From positions 600,001 to 632,000 of the forward strand of contig NC_020304.1 of assembly GCF_000341395.1 (NCBI RefSeq): 32,000 nucleotides of DNA, written 5' to 3'. Each line of letters begins with the position of its first letter. The first letter of the stretch is position 1. The notes beneath the pieces were generated by a model. The model ran no database searches and was not told the origin of the DNA. It saw only the letters and a list, made by a program, of their open reading frames with translations. Both the position numbers and the translations under genes were made by a program. The DNA comes from Desulfocapsa sulfexigens DSM 10523 (lineage in GTDB: Bacteria > Desulfobacterota > Desulfobulbia > Desulfobulbales > Desulfocapsaceae). This document shows positions 10,694 to 18,543 of this stretch, in pieces.

Positions 10694-11747
10694 TCAGTAC
10701 AGTCGGCGAAAGGCCGATGCCTTGATCACAGCCACCACTTCGGCGCCCTTACGGAGATCAAGCTCACGGATCGCCTCCGGCACAACCTGGGAGACAAGAC
10801 TTCTCCCGTTGCAGGCCAGCTCTACCCCGATCCGGTTGCCTTCGCCAAAGACATCGGTCACCCGACAGGCAAGGAGATTACGGGCGGAGGTGGCCACAGG
10901 ATGCTGTTTGAAGAGGGTAATGTCCTTGGCTCCAAGCTCAAAAACGTTCTCCCCCTCCCCTCCCGGTTCGGTGAGAATCAATTCGGTCCCCCCATCGGTA
11001 GGCCCAGAGGTCATCATGCGGCTGCGGAGGCGGCAGGTGAAAAAGGTTGGCATAGCCGCGGTTGCCGGCGACCAGTCCCCGCCGTGCCAGATCTTCCGCC
11101 GCCAGACGCTCCTGGAGCCGCCCCTGGCCAAAAACCAGGACTTCATCTGTCATCAGCCGGATCTCCTGCATTGAATGACTGATAAAGAGCAGAGGAATCT
11201 CGAACTGGTCAAGGACCGTCCGCAGATAGGGAATAATCTGAAACTTCAACTCCTGGTCCAGGCCGGTCAGGGGTTCATCCATCAGAATAAGACGAGGGCA
11301 GGCCAGGACAGTGCGGCCAAGGGCCACCCGCTGCCGCTCTCCACCGGAAAGACTGTTCACCCCCCGCTCCAGGAGATGATCGAGGCCCAATACCTTGATG
11401 ATCGCCTCCGGCGTACCACGACGCTGATCCGGCGGAGTCCGTTTCCAGCCGTAAAAGAGATTGCGACGGACATTCATGTGGGGAAAGAGGCGGGCGTGCT
11501 GAAAGACCACCCCGATCCGGCGCTCCTGCGGGGGAAGGCTGATCTTTTTTTCACAGTCATAGAGGATCTGACCGTCCAGCACAATACGGCCCCGGTCAGG
11601 TTTGAGCAGTCCGGCCAGAATATGCATAAAGGTTGACTTACCACTGCCGGAGGGCCCAAATATCCCACATTTTTTCTCGGCCAGGGAAAAGGCCACCTGC
11701 AGGGAAAAATTACCGACCCTTTTTGTTATATCCACTTCAAAGAGCAT
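10694..11747 (-). pseudogene. modC: Molybdate ABC transporter ATP-binding protein ModC, interrupted by a 1-nt frameshift (or sequencing error)
   Basis: The 269-aa ORF (10938-11747) carries Walker A GPSGSGKST, LSGGERQRV and Walker B LILMDEP. The TOBE/Mop-like C-terminus (...SARNLLACRVTDV...VIKASAF) continues in another frame (10694-11146). Removing one G from the G6 run (C6 on + strand, 10988-10993) joins them into about 350 aa. Confidence 0.85.
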
Positions 11748-11750
11748 CAG

Positions 11751-12428
11751 CTACCTCCTGCGGAAGGAACGTGCCGAGGCTTCGCTGACCAGGAGGACCA
11801 GGAAGGAAAGGCCGATGGAGACCAGACAGAGCGACAGGGCCATGGAATCTCCCCCAGGGGTGTTGGTATACTCGTAGATGGCCAACGGAATGGTCTGGGT
11901 AACTCCGGGAATATTGCCGGCCAGAATGATGGTGGCCCCAAACTCTCCAAGGCTTCTGGCAAACATCAGGGTCATGCCCGCCAGAACGGCCCGGCCGGAG
12001 AGGGGCAGGATGACCGAATAAAGGCTGTCCCACCACCTGGCCCCCAGGGTTCGGGCCGCCTGGAGGTACTGCTCATCAATCCCTTCCATGCCGATCCTGA
12101 TGGAACGGACCAGAAGTGGAAAGCCGACCACGGCCGAGGCGATCACCGCCCCTTTCAGGGTAAAAATGATCCGGAGATCGAAAAACCGGAGCACCGGCCC
12201 AAGAGAGCCGGACTGGCCGAAGAGAAGGAGGAGAAGATACCCGACCACCACCGGAGGGAGTACCAGCGGCAAATTCACCACCCCCTCCAGAGCCGCCCGG
12301 CCCGGGATCCTGGTAAAGACCAGAAGATAGGCCGCAGCAAAACCGAGAGGAAGCGAGAGCAGGGTCGCGGCAGTGGCCACCTTGAGAGATAGGATAATGG
12401 CCTGGATATCCTGGGGAGTAAGAGACAT
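11751..12428 (-). CDS. modB: Molybdate ABC transporter permease
   Basis: 225-aa polytopic protein with an EAA-like loop (AARTLGARWWDSLYSVILPL), sitting between modA and modC. AGGAGG lies before the modC start. Confidence 0.9.
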   Translation of the reverse strand: MSLTPQDIQAIILSLKVATAATLLSLPLGFAAAYLLVFTRIPGRAALEGVVNLPLVLPPVVVGYLLLLLFGQSGSLGPVLRFFDLRIIFTLKGAVIASAVVGFPLLVRSIRIGMEGIDEQYLQAARTLGARWWDSLYSVILPLSGRAVLAGMTLMFARSLGEFGATIILAGNIPGVTQTIPLAIYEYTNTPGGDSMALSLCLVSIGLSFLVLLVSEASARSFRRR

Positions 12429-12467
12429 AATATTTACGTTCTCAATCTATTCAGATTGCCGATTCAA

Positions 12468-13235
12468 TCAGTGGGAGGAAGCAACTGTGAAGCCGTATTT
12501 CTCCAGAATAGTAACGGCCGCCGGCGTACCCAGATAGGCGAGAAAGGCCTGGGCATCCGGATTCTTCATTCCGGCAAGTGTCAGCCCCAATGGATAGGCA
12601 ATGGGGTCATGGAGCTCTGCGGGTACGGTCAAAAGGATAACAGCCCGGCGGGCGAGCAGGGCATCGGTCTTATAAATAAAGGCCCCGTCCACCTCGGCGC
12701 GATCCGCGTAGAGCAGGGCCTGGCGGACATCCTTGGCCATAACCAGTTTATGTTCTTTTTCCAGTTGCTCGTAGATCCCTGCCACCTGCATGGCCTGGGC
12801 CGCATACTGTCCGGCAGGCACACTCTTCGGACTCCCTATGGCTATACGGGAAAGAGTGGCGACTCCCCCCAAATCGTGAACCAGAGTATCCTCGGCTCCG
12901 ACAAAAACCAGAGAATTCCTGGCAAAAATCCGAACCGTTTCCGGAACAACCTGTTTTTCTTTGAGAAGGTAATCCATCCATTTTTTATTGGCCGAGACAT
13001 AAAGGTCGGCAGGAGCCCCTTGGACGATCTGTTTGGCCAGAGAGCCGGATGAAGCGAAATTAGGAAGAATGGCAATCCCTGGATGTTCCTTGATAAATTC
13101 TCCGTTCAGTTCCTTGAAGGCATCAGTCATACTGGCCGCCACCGAAAGCCGGATCTCCCCCCCGGCCAGGGCCTGGACAGCTGTGGCGCAAAGCGCCAGA
13201 AAAACGAATACGAGTAGTCTTGCTTGCCTTTTCAT
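12468..13235 (-). CDS. modA: Molybdate ABC transporter periplasmic substrate-binding protein
   Basis: Signal peptide (LALCATAVQALA), then VAASMTDAF, ASSGSLAKQI and FIYKTDA motifs typical of ModA. ATG at 13235 lies 7 nt after AGGAGA (a GTG at 13238 is also possible). Confidence 0.9.
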   Translation of the reverse strand: MKRQARLLVFVFLALCATAVQALAGGEIRLSVAASMTDAFKELNGEFIKEHPGIAILPNFASSGSLAKQIVQGAPADLYVSANKKWMDYLLKEKQVVPETVRIFARNSLVFVGAEDTLVHDLGGVATLSRIAIGSPKSVPAGQYAAQAMQVAGIYEQLEKEHKLVMAKDVRQALLYADRAEVDGAFIYKTDALLARRAVILLTVPAELHDPIAYPLGLTLAGMKNPDAQAFLAYLGTPAAVTILEKYGFTVASSH

Positions 13236-13343
13236 CACGATTTCTCCTTATTGCTCTTATTTATCCTGTAGACCAACGGACAGAGTTTGGGCCTTTACCG
13301 GGGTCACGTCTCCCTGTACAACTAGCCGCCTTACTTGTTCTTT

Positions 13344-13359
13344 TGCACAAAATATGCCA
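13344..13359 (-). promoter_or_regulatory. Sigma54-like -24/-12 element upstream of modA
   Basis: Minus strand reads TGGCATATTTTGTGCA: GG and GC are separated by exactly 10 nt, about 105 nt upstream of the modA start. Single occurrence with no conservation test possible. Confidence 0.3.
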
Positions 13360-13458
13360 TTCTCTCTTTTCACCCACTGCCCCAGTGGCTACCGGACGTG
13401 GCCGGGAAAAGACACCTCCTTCTTGCTGGATCTGACCGACAGCATCCGTCCCGACACT

Positions 13459-13488
13459 ACCTTTTTGTCACATCTGTAACAAAAAGGT
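13459..13488. repeat. Perfect 10-bp inverted repeat ACCTTTTTGT-N10-ACAAAAAGGT in the modE-modA intergenic region
   Basis: Read directly from the sequence. About 100 nt upstream of the sigma54-like element. Function unknown (protein site or RNA hairpin). Confidence 0.5.
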
Positions 13489-13531
13489 GGAACATGCTCC
13501 ATTCTCCAGATTCCAATCCTCTATCACATTT

Positions 13532-13555
13532 CGATATATTAAACAAAATATAACG
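13532..13555. promoter_or_regulatory. ModE-operator-like A/T-rich inverted repeat CGATATAT-N8-ATATAACG
   Basis: 7 of 8 positions are symmetric. It has the same half-site character and geometry as E. coli ModE operators (TATAT-N7-TAYAT class). Located between the modE-like gene and modA. Confidence 0.4.
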
Positions 13556-13601
13556 ATGGAGAAAAAAAAGGCTCCCAGGAAATGACTGTCTGAAAACACT
13601 C

Positions 13602-13976
13602 TCACCAGGGGAGCTCCATTGTCTCTTCGGCCAGAAAATTCGCCAGCCGCTCCTGCAGGGCGGCGAACCGAGTCAAAGCCTCTTCACCGGCTGTAGTGAC
13701 CCGGGCCCCACCACCGCCCTTCCCTCCCTTACTGGTTTCCACCAAAGGGAAAGGGGCCTGACGATTCATGGAACTAATCAGATCCCAGGCGTGCTTGTAT
13801 GACATTTTCATGGACCGGGCTGCCGCGGAAATAGAACCATATTCCCGGACTCGCTGCAGAAGCACTACTCGACCGACGCCGAGAAAAGTCTCTCCGTTAT
13901 TTTCAATCCAGATCCTGCCATTACAGGAATACCCTGCAACAACCTCTTTCTTCTTATGGGCTCGATGCTTCTTCAT
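13602..13976 (-). CDS. ModE N-terminal-domain-only regulator (wHTH, no Mop/TOBE molybdate-binding domains)
   Basis: 124 aa. GVGRVVLLQRVREYGSISAAARSMKMSYKHAWDLISSMN followed by GGKGGGGARVT matches the ModE DNA-binding/dimerisation domain. The protein ends before any Mop domain. Confidence 0.75.
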   Translation of the reverse strand: MKKHRAHKKKEVVAGYSCNGRIWIENNGETFLGVGRVVLLQRVREYGSISAAARSMKMSYKHAWDLISSMNRQAPFPLVETSKGGKGGGGARVTTAGEEALTRFAALQERLANFLAEETMELPW

Positions 13977-14117
13977 GAGTCGCTATATAAAACAAAATAC
14001 ATCGAATAGCAAGAACAATTCGCTGATCCCTTCTAATGACCGGGCCAACATACATTGCCATCATCCATCAGTGGGTATGGTGGCCGAAACTTCTCAGAGC
14101 TGAGGCTACATGAGGGA

Positions 14118-14543
14118 TCAGGGGACAATAGCCGGAAGCGTGACAATAAATTCACGAATTTCATCTCGGACCCGGCTGTAATGCTTGAGGGCCTCATCTT
14201 CGCTTGCGGCATTTTCAGCTAATTTCGGAGGGTCGTCAAAGCCGTGATGGATTACTCTCACAGGGCCGGGAAAAAAAGGACAGTTTTCATCAGCGTGACC
14301 GCAGACGGTGATTACCAGATCAAACGCATTTTCGGGCAGCTCGCTGACCAGCTTTGAACGGTGACCGGAAATATCCACCCCGGCTTCGGCCATTGACTTA
14401 ACCGCCAGTGGGTTGAGACCATGGGTCTCGATACCGGCAGAAAAAGCCTCGATGGTGTTGCCAAGGAGCCTGCGGGCCCAACCTTCCGCCATCTGACTGC
14501 GACAGGAATTGCCTGTGCAGAGGAAAAGGACCTTTTTTTTCAC
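14118..14543 (-). CDS. arsC: Arsenate reductase, LMW-PTP / thioredoxin-coupled type
   Basis: P-loop LCTGNSCRSQMAEGW plus the distal cysteine pair in VCGHADENCP (three-Cys pattern as in the pI258-type enzyme). GTG start at 14543. Confidence 0.9.
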   Translation of the reverse strand: MKKKVLFLCTGNSCRSQMAEGWARRLLGNTIEAFSAGIETHGLNPLAVKSMAEAGVDISGHRSKLVSELPENAFDLVITVCGHADENCPFFPGPVRVIHHGFDDPPKLAENAASEDEALKHYSRVRDEIREFIVTLPAIVP

Positions 14544-14719
14544 TGTTCTGTATCCTCAATAAAAATTTTCAATCCCTTCCTCTTTACATCCTGAATAAAT
14601 TCCATAACCTTGCTTTTAATCTGGTTTCGGATTTCTCTTACCTTTTCGAGATACGCTTCCACCATCTGGCTTCTGCCGGTATTATGCTCACAAATAAAAA
14701 GAACGTTAAATGCATCCAT
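14540..14719 (-). pseudogene. 59-aa in-frame deletion remnant of a second LMW-PTP/ArsC gene (not in the ORF track)
   Basis: My translation is MDAFNVLFICEHNTGRSQMVEAYLEKVREIRNQIKSKVMEFIQDVKRKGLKIFIEDTEQ. It has an intact CX5R(S) P-loop fused directly to a C-terminal-helix-like segment. GGAG lies 9 nt upstream, and its TGA overlaps the arsC GTG (GTGA). Confidence 0.5.
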
Positions 14720-14746
14720 TGTCTTATCTCCAGAATAAAAAGTTAA

Positions 14747-15834
14747 TCATTCGTCTCTGCTGACATGGCAGACACCGGTCAGAGTTTCCCTGGCATGGGG
14801 AAAGTATTTTTTCTTGAACCAGAAGGCAACGTTGACCAGGGCGATCAGTACCGGAACCTCCACCAGAGGTCCGATAACCGCTGCAAAGGCCTGGCCGGAA
14901 TCGATACCGAATACGGCGATGGCCACGGCGATGGCGAGCTCGAAGTTGTTGGAGGCAGCCGTAAAAGAAAGGGTGGTGGCCTGCTCGTATGTGGCTCCCA
15001 CCTTCATGGACATGAAAAAGGAAACCAGAAACATGACCAGGAAATAGATGGCCAACGGGATCGCAATTCGAACAACGTCAAAGGGCAGCTGAACAATATA
15101 TTCACCCTTCAACGAAAACATGACGACGATGGTGAAAAGGAGAAACATCAGGGTAAGGGGGCTGATCATGGGGATCAGTTTTTCCTGATACCACTCCTCA
15201 CCCTTCAGGCGCAGACCGATGAAACGGGTCAACATCCCGGCGATAAAGGGGATACCAAGGTAAATAAAGACTGACTGGGCGATCTGCCCCATGGAAATAT
15301 CGACCTCCAGCCCTGCAATGCCGAAAATTTTGGGAAGAAAGGTAATGAAGAACCAGGCATAAACCGAAAAAAAAGCACCTGAAAAATGGAGTTGAAGGCG
15401 ACCAGGCCCGCGCAGTATTCCCGATCTCCCTCGGCCAGATCATTCCAGACAATGACCATGGCGATACAGCGGGCCAGGCCGATCAGGATGAGGCCAACCA
15501 TATACTCGTGCTGCCCGGAGAGAAAGCTTATCGCCAGGCCGAACATCAGGACAGGCCCGATAATCCAGTTCTGGATAAGTGAAAGCGTCAGTATCCTGCC
15601 GTTTCTGAATACCTCATGCAGCTGCTCATAGCGCACCTTGGCCAAGGGCGGGTACATCATGAGAATGAGGCCCACGGCGATGGGTATATTGGTAGTCCCC
15701 ACCTGAAAGGCGTTGATAAAATCCTTAATGCCGGGCAGAAAATACCCGCTCCCGACGCCAATCAGCATGGCAAGAAAAATCCAGAGGGTGAGAAATCGAT
15801 CAAGAAAAGAAAGTCTTCTGCCTTCAGCACTCAT
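14747..15834 (-). pseudogene. acr3: ACR3-family arsenite efflux permease, interrupted by a 1-nt frameshift (or sequencing error)
   Basis: The N-terminal part ([20 protein letters not shown]..., from ATG 15834) and the C-terminal part (ORF 14747-15292) are both ACR3-like. The frames join if the T8 run (A8 on + strand, 15367-15374) is T9, giving ...[34 protein letters not shown]... and about 362 aa. Confidence 0.85.
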
Positions 15835-15848
15835 GGGGAGTCCTCCGA

Positions 15849-16208
15849 TCAACCTGGTTCCGTGACGCAGGTGTCTGCTTTTTTTGTTTTCAGAAACGCT
15901 CCCAGGCGATGACGGTCTTCGCGGGCTTGCTCCAAGTGGAGGCAATATTTCTGGAGGAAGTCAAAGAGAGCTTCACGAATCCCGTTATCAGCACTGATGC
16001 GATAGTACATCCACACACCGCGGCGCTTCCCTTCAACCAGGTCGGTGTTGCGTAGTATCGCCAGGTGCCTTGACACCGTTGATTGCGGCATATCCAGAGC
16101 AGCCTCAAGATCGCATACGCACAGTTCACCGTTTTTTAACAGGAGAAACAGGATCCTCAGTCTGGTCTCATCGCCGACCGTCTTAAAAATTTGTACTGTT
16201 TTTTTCAT
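15849..16208 (-). CDS. arsR: ArsR/SmtB-family metalloregulator
   Basis: From M54 of the track ORF: [34 protein letters not shown]..., with the ELCVCDL As(III)-binding motif and wHTH; 119 aa. SD GGAGG for acr3 lies just after its stop. Confidence 0.85.
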   Translation of the reverse strand: MKKTVQIFKTVGDETRLRILFLLLKNGELCVCDLEAALDMPQSTVSRHLAILRNTDLVEGKRRGVWMYYRISADNGIREALFDFLQKYCLHLEQAREDRHRLGAFLKTKKADTCVTEPG

Positions 16209-16214
16209 AAATAC

Positions 16215-16240
16215 AATATATCCGGATATGCGGATATATT
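16215..16240. promoter_or_regulatory. Candidate ArsR operator/promoter: perfect inverted repeat AATATATCCG-N6-CGGATATATT
   Basis: Read directly; it also contains the nested palindrome ATATCCGGATAT. It starts 7 nt upstream of the arsR ATG and includes a TATATT -10-like hexamer on the minus strand. Confidence 0.45.
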
Positions 16241-16645
16241 GCAAACACTTTTTTTGTCGGCGGTGCATGAATTCTAATCTTTTGACTGATAGATTTTTTC
16301 TGGTGACCACCGAGCTCTGTCTTGTCACGCCAGTAATCGGGATATGAGAAGCAATCAGGCAACCCACTGAGAACAGGACCTTTCCATTATCTGCTTCCCA
16401 GGCGAACCGCTTTTATATGTTGCTGTTTTCCGGGGAGTATTATAGGGTATTTTCATGTAAATCCGGCCGGAATATTGGGAATCATGACCTGTGACGTCCT
16501 CTGCGGTGAATATTGTGGAGTAAAAGGGGTGAGAACGGCCCCTCGCAGGCTCCGCGTCAGGCCGTTTTGAGAGAAAAACAGGTTTCTGGAGACCCGTTTT
16601 CCCGCTGATCCTTTGCCTGACGGCAAGCAAAATCCGGTCATTTAT

Positions 16646-17851
16646 ATGGATCAATTCATCGCCAGACAGCCCATTCTCAATATCCATAAAAAGCTGCATG
16701 CCTATGAGCTACTCTACAGGGGGGCAAAGCATTACAGCCTGGACAAGGTAAGCAGTGACCGGGCTACCACCAGTGTTCTTTCAAGCGTTTTTTTGACAAG
16801 AGATATCCAGGAAATTTCTGCCTATCGCCCCTGTTTCGTCAATTTTTCTCAGAATTTGATAGAGACCATGCTTCCCACTTCCTTTCCACAATCGCAAATT
16901 GTGGTCGAAGTCCTCGAAGATGTCCAGCCCACTCCGAAAGTTCTCGCAGCCTGTAATCGTCTGCGCAGGAGCGGATATACCATAGCGCTCGATGATTTTA
17001 TCTATGACCGGAAACTTGAACCTCTTATCGAATTGGCAGATATCATCAAGATTGACATCCGGATGACCCCCCTTGATACCATTATTCGGACCCTGAACCT
17101 GCTTTCCAGGCATAAGGTGAAGCTCCTTGCCGAAAAAGTTGAAACACTTCAGGAGTTTGAAAAGGCAAGCAAGATGGGGTTCGTATATTTTCAGGGGTAT
17201 TTTTTCTGTGAGCCGGAGCAGGTACATATCAAAGAACTTCCTGCCAATAAAGCCAGCCTCGTCGCCCTGCTGGCTGAGGTAATTGGAAAAAAAACAACCC
17301 TTGAGAAGCTCTACAAAATAATCAGCACTGATCTTGCCGTCACCTACAAGCTTTTGAAGTTTCTCAACTCAGCCTATTTTTATCGTCTGGAAAAGGTGAA
17401 AACCGTCAAGCATGCTATCGCCTATCTGGGAGCGAAGGAACTGACGCGTTTTATCATGCTGATCATCATTTCAGAGCTGGCTGTGGAGAAGCCGGGAGAG
17501 CTGGTGCGTCTGGTTCTTGTTCGAGCCAAGTTCTGTGAATTACTGGGAAAGTCCTGTTCTTATGCCTGTGACTCCTCGGAACTGTTCGTCCTGGGGTTGT
17601 TTTCTCTTTTGGATACCATGCTTGAAACGTCCATGAAAAAGGTTTTGGAAAATCTCCCGGTCAGCAGCATGATCAAGGATGCACTGTTATTGAAAACCGG
17701 CCTCTATGCCGATTTCCTCCGGGTGCCCATCGCATTTGAAAAAAACGATGATACCGTTTCCACCGCATTGCTTGCAAAGTTGGGAGTTAACATGGAAAAG
17801 GCATCTGAATCGTACCTTGTGGCCATGCGCTATGCCAACGGACTGGTATAA
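16646..17851 (+). CDS. EAL-domain (c-di-GMP phosphodiesterase-like) protein with C-terminal HDOD domain
   Basis: ARQPILN...YELLYR, FVNF, VVEVLED, ALDDF, IKID, AEKVET and FQGYFF are the EAL catalytic signatures. The C-terminal 200 aa or so (KLLKFLNSAYF...AIAYLG...) is HDOD-like. ATG at 16646 is preferred over TTG at 16613. Confidence 0.85.
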   Translation: MDQFIARQPILNIHKKLHAYELLYRGAKHYSLDKVSSDRATTSVLSSVFLTRDIQEISAYRPCFVNFSQNLIETMLPTSFPQSQIVVEVLEDVQPTPKVLAACNRLRRSGYTIALDDFIYDRKLEPLIELADIIKIDIRMTPLDTIIRTLNLLSRHKVKLLAEKVETLQEFEKASKMGFVYFQGYFFCEPEQVHIKELPANKASLVALLAEVIGKKTTLEKLYKIISTDLAVTYKLLKFLNSAYFYRLEKVKTVKHAIAYLGAKELTRFIMLIIISELAVEKPGELVRLVLVRAKFCELLGKSCSYACDSSELFVLGLFSLLDTMLETSMKKVLENLPVSSMIKDALLLKTGLYADFLRVPIAFEKNDDTVSTALLAKLGVNMEKASESYLVAMRYANGLV

Positions 17852-17930
17852 TCGGCCATGCCAGTCCCCTCACTCGCCTTTTTCACCGTGGAATCTTTTT
17901 CGAATTTCTGATTATTTTCGATATATCTGT

Positions 17931-18281
17931 TCAGGAAAATCTCCCTCTGAACATGAAATATACGGCACCCACCATGCAGAATCCCGCCCACAGATAATCC
18001 AGCTTCAACGGTTCCTTGAGATACAAAACAGAAAAAGGGACAAAGACAGAAAGTGTTATCACCTCCTGGATGATTTTCAGTTGGCCAATGTTAAGGACGG
18101 TGTAACCGATGCGATTGGCCGGGACCTGAAAGAGATATTCAAGCAGGGCAATTGACCAGCTTGCCAGGGCCGCAATGATCCAGGGTTTTCCGTTTAACTC
18201 TTTGAGGTGGGCGTACCAGGCAAAGGTCATAAACAGGTTGCTACACAGCAGAAGACAAACAGAAAGGATGATCGGGTGCAT
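17931..18281 (-). CDS. DMT-superfamily small membrane protein (DUF486 type)
   Basis: 116 aa. SNLFMTFAWYAHLK...EYLFQVPANRIGY...QLKIIQEVITL...LYLKEP matches the DUF486 pattern as I remember it. Confidence 0.8.
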   Translation of the reverse strand: MHPIILSVCLLLCSNLFMTFAWYAHLKELNGKPWIIAALASWSIALLEYLFQVPANRIGYTVLNIGQLKIIQEVITLSVFVPFSVLYLKEPLKLDYLWAGFCMVGAVYFMFRGRFS

Positions 18282-18460
18282 AAGCTATGATTTCAGGTGT
18301 ATTGGGTTGCAGTTGAGAACGGAAGGGAGGCAATGTTCTCAAGTATATGTTTGCCACAGCTTTACGGGCGGCAGAGAAAATTTACAAGTAAAAAAGAAGG
18401 GGCTGGTAATGATGATGCTTCAATGAACGAAATCAGATCAACCCCGGCCCCCGTCATTGC

Positions 18461-18500
18461 AAAAAAAACCTCCAGCTTATCTGAGTAGATACGCTGGAGG
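18461..18500 (-). terminator. Rho-independent terminator of cassette copy A
   Basis: Minus strand reads CCTCCAGC-(16 nt)-GCTGGAGG followed by T8, 44 nt after the 99-aa gene stop. Confidence 0.6.
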
Positions 18501-18543
18501 TTCGCCGTACGGGACTGTATCCCTATGAGTTGTTAACTTCTGT

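Noticed and set aside
10602-13052. Long + strand ORFs in the track (10602-11174, 10901-11182, 11175-11636, 11602-11877, 12088-12330, 12456-13052)
   Set aside because: They lie antisense to modC, modB and modA, whose products have unmistakable ABC-transporter motifs. Their translations are low-complexity, Arg/Pro/Ser-rich strings typical of open frames in G+C-rich DNA.
13239-13601. Moco (molybdenum cofactor) riboswitch in the modA leader
   Set aside because: This is a plausible location, but I could not find the conserved core I remember for the motif (for example a CUCCGAGCC-like segment) on the minus strand. I cannot fold or score it by hand, so it needs an Infernal scan with Rfam RF01055 before being claimed or excluded.
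14765-15912. + strand ORFs 14765-15274, 14814-15047, 15386-15631 and 15616-15912
   Set aside because: They lie antisense to the ACR3 permease gene. They have no motifs and a Gly/Asp/Lys-rich composition, consistent with the mirror of a membrane-protein gene.
16355-16699. 114-aa minus-strand ORF in the arsR / EAL-HDOD intergenic region
   Set aside because: It has no recognisable motifs or SD, overlaps the EAL gene start, and has an Arg/Gly/Pro-rich composition. It is probably a chance open frame.
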